This document shows positions 44,199 to 51,595 of a DNA stretch of 51,595 nt, piece after piece; position 1 is the first letter of the stretch, and each line of letters begins with the position of its first letter. The DNA is from a bacterium (GTDB lineage: Bacteria > Patescibacteriota > Minisyncoccia > Moranbacterales > UBA2206): positions 1 to 51,595 of the forward strand of contig JAYSLY010000046.1 of NCBI GenBank assembly GCA_043725085.1. Direction: 5' to 3'. The notes under the pieces were generated by a model that saw nothing but the letters and a program-made list of their open reading frames with translations, was not told where the DNA came from and searched no databases. A program made the position numbers and the translations under genes.

Positions 44199-46112
44199 AT
44201 GAAGACAAAAAAATACAACCATGGCAGTCTGATGATCGGCACTTTGATTATGATGCTGCTCATTTCGGCAACTTCAATCGCGATTATCAGCCGTTCCAAG
44301 CATGGCGCAATACTCACAACAGATGCTGAAAAAGGCTATAGCGCCTATCAAGCAACAGATCAGGTAACGGAATTTCTTCTAAATAAAATAAAAACCCTAG
44401 ATAATTTGGCAGGGAATAAAATTCCTGAAAATTCTTCCTATACTGATCTTTGTAATAGTGCGGACGTGACTTGCCTAAGGCCCAATGGTGACGTGGTTTC
44501 TGCCGGCAGTAAGGTTTCTGACGTGTACAGGATTCAGAGTAGCGCAACTACTAATCAAGGGTTAACACGCAAACTCCAAGTAGATTTGGGAGAAAGGATT
44601 GAAAGTGGGCTGGATGGTAGCAGTCTCTCTGTGGCAAAATGCGGAGATGGGAGTGGCGGGTGCACGTATAACCAGTGTGATCTGAAAGTCTCGCTTACCC
44701 TTCCTTCTGATACAAGTAAGATAAAAGATTTTGAAGTGAGAAGATCAACAAGCAGTGACTTAGGCGCTGATCCTGCTGGTTATGGCTGGCAAATAGCAGG
44801 AGAAGGTTCAGAATTACATCCACTTAGCACAACAAAATTCAGCTACATTCTAAAAAATGGGGATAGTTATCTCGCGTCCCAAGGAGATTCTCAGTATAAC
44901 AAAAATTATTATTTTACCATCAAAGCCCGCAACAAAAATCCGCTCAGCTTGGATTCGCTATATCTTGCCAACGGTGCTGGCATGAAAAATATTTCTATGC
45001 CCAGTAGCTCTTCTTGTACCGGAAGCACTTGTCTTAACCCAAATGTTCTGACCGGACTCGGATGCTCCACTGATCCGGGTGGTAATGCTGAAACAGTAAA
45101 AAGTACCTATGTCTGTTGCAATGGCATGGATTATTATCAGTGCAAATCCGGGTTAACTAAAAATGGAGCTACGAGCTGTGAAAATACCAGAACCTGCACT
45201 TGTGCAGCTAAGCCGGTTAACACAATTTGGAATGGTCCTAATTCAAGCGGTCAATATAGCGAGGATTTTAATGGGAGTGGTTGGCCAACCTCTTGTCCGC
45301 CATCAACAGTATATGATACTAACAATGTTGCTCAAAGCTGTCACTATACATGCGCAGCTAATTATACTTGGAATTCCGGCACTGGAAAATGCGAAGCAAG
45401 TTGCAATCTTCCTTGGGGTGGAACAATTAGTAGTGGTCAAAGTGCCACGGCCTATAGCACAGCTTCCGTTGCGTGCGGTTCCAGTTGTGTTGGTCAAACC
45501 AGGACTTGCACTGATGGAGTTTTGAGCGGGTCGTATGCTAATTCCAGTTGTGCTCCAAATAATCCCGCGAACTATGGCCAAGCTTGCAGCTCAGCAGCCA
45601 ATACCTGCGGACAAACCAATTCCGGAACAATAAATTGCAGTGGAACTTGTTCGGCTACGGTGCCAGCTAATCCTGCCGGATATGGCCAAGCTTGCAACTC
45701 AGCAGCCAATGTTTGTGGCAGTAGAAATTCTGGAACCATAACTTGCAGTGGAGCTTGTTCAGCCACGGCGCCAGCTAACCCTGCCAACTACGGTCAAGCC
45801 TGCACCTCTTCGGCCAATGCTTGCGGACAAACCAATTCCGGAACAATAAATTGCAGTGGAACTTGTTCAGCCACAATGCCGGCTAATCCCGCCAACTATG
45901 GTCAAGCCTGTAATTCTTCGGCTAACTCTTGCGGACAGACTAACACTGGAACATATGACTGCAGTGGAGCTTGCTCGGCGTCCCCTCCAAGCGATAGTTC
46001 ATGCTGTCATTATGAACTTACTTCTGAATGTGCTTCTTGGTCTTACTGGCCATCTTCTGGCAGATGGGAATGTGATTATTATAATCAGTATTGGATCACA
46101 GTTTGCCCTTAG
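44199..46112 (+). CDS. PilX-like paralog with long Cys-rich repeats (putative tip adhesin)
   Basis: HG|SLM; shares II(N/S)RSKHGA.LTTD..KGYSAYQA and KA.N.NPL.LDSLY with the upstream gene. ATG 44199; ORF-track start is 44187. Confidence 0.78.
   Translation: MKTKKYNHGSLMIGTLIMMLLISATSIAIISRSKHGAILTTDAEKGYSAYQATDQVTEFLLNKIKTLDNLAGNKIPENSSYTDLCNSADVTCLRPNGDVVSAGSKVSDVYRIQSSATTNQGLTRKLQVDLGERIESGLDGSSLSVAKCGDGSGGCTYNQCDLKVSLTLPSDTSKIKDFEVRRSTSSDLGADPAGYGWQIAGEGSELHPLSTTKFSYILKNGDSYLASQGDSQYNKNYYFTIKARNKNPLSLDSLYLANGAGMKNISMPSSSSCTGSTCLNPNVLTGLGCSTDPGGNAETVKSTYVCCNGMDYYQCKSGLTKNGATSCENTRTCTCAAKPVNTIWNGPNSSGQYSEDFNGSGWPTSCPPSTVYDTNNVAQSCHYTCAANYTWNSGTGKCEASCNLPWGGTISSGQSATAYSTASVACGSSCVGQTRTCTDGVLSGSYANSSCAPNNPANYGQACSSAANTCGQTNSGTINCSGTCSATVPANPAGYGQACNSAANVCGSRNSGTITCSGACSATAPANPANYGQACTSSANACGQTNSGTINCSGTCSATMPANPANYGQACNSSANSCGQTNTGTYDCSGACSASPPSDSSCCHYELTSECASWSYWPSSGRWECDYYNQYWITVCP
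45561..45992 (+). repeat. 4 x 108-bp coding tandem repeat (36 aa, 4 Cys each)
   Basis: Units start at 45561, 45669, 45777 and 45885: NPANYGQACxSxANxCGxxNxGTxxCSGxCSA. Confidence 0.95.
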
Positions 46113-46145
46113 CGTTATTTTATATTTAACCAGCATAATAAAAAT

Positions 46146-48978
<2,833 letters not shown>

Positions 48979-49037
48979 TACAAATACGCAAATCTCATTC
49001 GCATATTTGTAAATTTGCAGTTTATTTGTAGATTTGT

Positions 49038-49319
49038 ATGATATCAAAAGACGAAGTAAAACACATAGCGAATCTAGCTAGAATTGGAATTACCAAAAAA
49101 GAGATGGATAAATTTTCTCATGATTTATCGTCGATTTTGGATTGGATTAAGCTCTTGGAAGAAGTGGATATCACCGACGTTTCTCCAACAACGCGAGTGA
49201 CCGGAGCGATTAATGTTTCCCGTGAAGATAGGATTTTGGATTTCAAAGAAAAAGACGCGATCATAAAACTTTTTCCACAAGAGAAAAATGGGTATGACAA
49301 GGTGAAGTCAGTGTTATGA
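49038..49319 (+). CDS. gatC: Asp/Glu-tRNA amidotransferase subunit C
   Basis: ISKDEVKHIANLARI, L..IL, REDR; precedes gatA. Confidence 0.95.
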   Translation: MISKDEVKHIANLARIGITKKEMDKFSHDLSSILDWIKLLEEVDITDVSPTTRVTGAINVSREDRILDFKEKDAIIKLFPQEKNGYDKVKSVL

Positions 49320-50770
49320 TTAAAGAACTCCACAATAAATTAATCAACAAAGAAATCACTTCAACTCAGCTGACTGGGGAATATTTGAAGCGGATTGAAG
49401 AAAAAGACAAAGATATTTTCGCCTATCTGACTGTGACAAAAGAACTGGCGCTGGAGCAAGCGAAAAAAGTGGATGAAAAAATTGCCCGCGGAGAAAAAAT
49501 CGAAATGCTGGAAGGGATTCCGGGAGGAATCAAAGATCTCATTTGTATGCAAGGGGTGAGAACAACTGGCGGATCAAAAATTCTTGATAACTATATCGCT
49601 CCCTACGATGCAACCGTCATCAGTCGACTAAAGGAAGTGGGAACAGTGTTTCTAGGAAAAACCAATTGCGACGAATTCGCGATGGGATCATCGACAGAAA
49701 ACAGTGCCTATGGTCCGACAAAAAATCCCTATGACCTAGAAAGAGTGCCGGGTGGCACTTCCGGTGGATCAGCTGCTGCAATTGCGGCGGATTTGGCGGC
49801 CTGGACACTTGGCACGGATACGGGCGGTTCAACTCGGCAGCCTGCCTCTTTTTGCGGAGCAGTTGGCCTGAAGCCGACTTATGGACGAATTTCACGCTAT
49901 GGAGTCATGGCGGCAGCTTCCAGTCTGGAGCAAGTCGGAGTCATCACTAAATCAGCCGAAGATGCCGCAATTGTTTTGAGTGCTGTTGCCGGTCAAGATA
50001 AGATGGATGCTACAACCGCGCATAGTCCGGCTAAGGATTATACAAACTTTTTGAGTGGGGAAATAAAAGGATTGAGGATTGGAATTGTCAAGGAATATCT
50101 TGAAGGGTTGCGCGCTGATGTGCGAGAATCAATTGAAAAAGTAATTGAGAAATATAAAGAGCTAGGCGCTCAGATAAAAGAAGTGGAATTGCCTCATGCG
50201 AAATATTCTTTACCGGTCTATTATATAATCAACTTCTCTGAGATTAGTTCCAATCTGGCAAAGTATGATGGCATAAGATATGGCTTGCGAGTTGATGATG
50301 AAAAAAATTCCAATGCCGAAACCCTAGGTATGCCCAAAAAACTTTTGGAAACCTATTTGGATTCTCGTCAATATGGTCTTGGCGCGGAAGCGAAAAGGCG
50401 CATAATGCTAGGAACCTACGCGCTTTCGGCGGGCTATTATGACGCCTACTATTTGCGTGCGCAAAAAGTCAGAACACTCATCAAAAAAGATTTCGAAAAG
50501 GTTTTTACGGAGGTAGACATGATTCTGACTCCGACTGCTCCAACACCAGCTTTCAAGTTGGGAGAAAAAACAAATGATCCGTTGGAAATGTATTTGGCGG
50601 ATATTTTTACGGTGATTGTGAATGTGGCCGGTGTACCGGCAATCTCCGTGCCCGGTCCGGAAGTGAAAGTCGATGGCAAGCCGTTGCCTTTCGGGTTTCA
50701 GTTGATGGGAAAGTGGTTTGATGAGGAAGGGCTGCTTAATGCTGCGCATACTTATGAAATAAACAAGTAA
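49316..50770 (+). CDS. gatA: Asp/Glu-tRNA amidotransferase subunit A
   Basis: Amidase signature GKTNCDEFAMGSSTE, PGGTSGGS, GTDTGGS.RQPA, RIMLGTYALSAGYYDAYY. Confidence 0.97.
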   Translation: MIKELHNKLINKEITSTQLTGEYLKRIEEKDKDIFAYLTVTKELALEQAKKVDEKIARGEKIEMLEGIPGGIKDLICMQGVRTTGGSKILDNYIAPYDATVISRLKEVGTVFLGKTNCDEFAMGSSTENSAYGPTKNPYDLERVPGGTSGGSAAAIAADLAAWTLGTDTGGSTRQPASFCGAVGLKPTYGRISRYGVMAAASSLEQVGVITKSAEDAAIVLSAVAGQDKMDATTAHSPAKDYTNFLSGEIKGLRIGIVKEYLEGLRADVRESIEKVIEKYKELGAQIKEVELPHAKYSLPVYYIINFSEISSNLAKYDGIRYGLRVDDEKNSNAETLGMPKKLLETYLDSRQYGLGAEAKRRIMLGTYALSAGYYDAYYLRAQKVRTLIKKDFEKVFTEVDMILTPTAPTPAFKLGEKTNDPLEMYLADIFTVIVNVAGVPAISVPGPEVKVDGKPLPFGFQLMGKWFDEEGLLNAAHTYEINK

Positions 50771-50786
50771 TTTATGGCATAAAAAA

Positions 50787-51326
50787 ATGGATGTTTTAAT
50801 GCAAAATTTTTCCATAGAAATAATTGCTCTCGCGAAAGCTTTCTACGCATCGCTCACTTTTTCATTCATCAAATTATTTCTCGAGGTATTTGTGATTGTG
50901 ATTGTGATTGATCTTGCGCTGATGCTCAAACAACGCGGCCTAGGTGGGGACATCCGCGACACGCTCGTGGGAATGAATATCCCGCCGGAACTTGCTAATA
51001 AGAAAAATAAATTGCGCGTGAAATGGGCAAAAGTAAGAGAAAAATTGAAAAGTAAAAATGAGTCAGACTATAAGGTGGCAATTATTGAAGCGGATAATAT
51101 TATTGATGATTTGATCGCGCGGATGAATTATAAGGGTGAAAATATGGGGGAACGTTTGGATAATATCGCTCCGGGGCAAATTGAAAATATCGAAGATTTA
51201 CGCCACGCTCATGAAGTTAGAAACCGAATTATTCACGACGAGAGTTTTGTTCTCACAAAAGAAGAAGCGGAAAAAACATTTGAATACTACGAAGATTTTC
51301 TGAAGTTTTTTATGGTGTTGGATTGA
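50787..51326 (+). CDS. Membrane-anchored hypothetical protein with a HEPN-like RxxxxH motif
   Basis: N-terminal TM; AIIEAD..D; GENMGERL; RNRIIH. Confidence 0.75.
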   Translation: MDVLMQNFSIEIIALAKAFYASLTFSFIKLFLEVFVIVIVIDLALMLKQRGLGGDIRDTLVGMNIPPELANKKNKLRVKWAKVREKLKSKNESDYKVAIIEADNIIDDLIARMNYKGENMGERLDNIAPGQIENIEDLRHAHEVRNRIIHDESFVLTKEEAEKTFEYYEDFLKFFMVLD

Positions 51327-51425
51327 TGACTAGTATTCTTGTTGACGTTTCTGACTTTTCGAGTTAGAATGGGTAATAGTTTGAAGAAAGATAGCTGTGC
51401 TACGTGATTGCGCAGCATTTTACGT

Positions 51426-51497
51426 AGCGGGATGGAGCAATGGCAGCTCGTCTGGCTCATAACCAGAAGGTTCCAGGTTCGAATCCTGGTCCCGCAA
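51426..51497 (+). tRNA. tRNA-Met(CAT), initiator-like
   Basis: Mismatched 1:72 pair (A:A), fMet-type D arm TGGAGCA..GGCAGCTCG, anticodon loop CT CAT AA. Confidence 0.92.
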
Positions 51498-51595
51498 CCG
51501 CGAAAAATTAAGAGCTTGCGAGTAATTTTGAGCGAGCCACGTGATCGACACCAGTCGATTTTACGTGGCACTATCAACTAAGGATAATCGCTCTT

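Noticed and set aside
45561-45992. Regularly spaced repeats as a possible CRISPR array
   Set aside because: They are 108-bp in-frame coding repeats with synonymous variation, no unique spacers and no cas genes.
50285-50345. Short insertion in GatA (DDEKNSNAETLGMPKK) as another coding repeat
   Set aside because: No clear palindrome or repeat unit, and the region is naturally variable in GatA.
51500-51569. Hairpins downstream of tRNA-Met
   Set aside because: Could be a terminator or REP, but they are at the window edge, have no U-tract and no second copy.

Overview
AT-rich, gene-dense bacterial window read with genetic code 11. The gene content (type IV pilus operons with no PilP/PilQ in the window, tRNA-Arg TCG and GCG, few Shine-Dalgarno sites) points to Patescibacteria/CPR, Parcubacteria-like; this is inference, not a database result. 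Contents: two separate type IV pilus clusters (139-7651 and 32416-46112, the second beside comF); ten tRNA genes; housekeeping genes (tsaD, mpg, recG, ligA, gatC/gatA, Hsp20); two tRNA-led DedA + GT4 glycosyltransferase modules, one with a lipase-like hydrolase and one with a sphingomyelin-synthase-like PAP2 enzyme; two free-standing endonuclease genes inside tRNA clusters; and a ~6 kb integrase-less island at tRNA-Ser(GCT). The island holds a decayed IS3 and an AbrB + 1387-aa surface protein cassette that carries a (GA)n tract and is bracketed by an inverted pair of structured GC-rich motifs. The most unusual signals are (i) several unrelated palindromic or heptamer repeat families inserted in-frame into tsaD, recG, ligA and a prepilin leader; (ii) the inverted structured ends around the surface-protein cassette; (iii) the candidate lipid scavenging/remodelling modules; and (iv) odd translation-initiation layouts (ATG 3 nt after tRNA 3' ends, leaderless genes, a shared pilN/pilC leader, comF with no canonical start). 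All protein calls come from motif recognition by eye; no searches were run.
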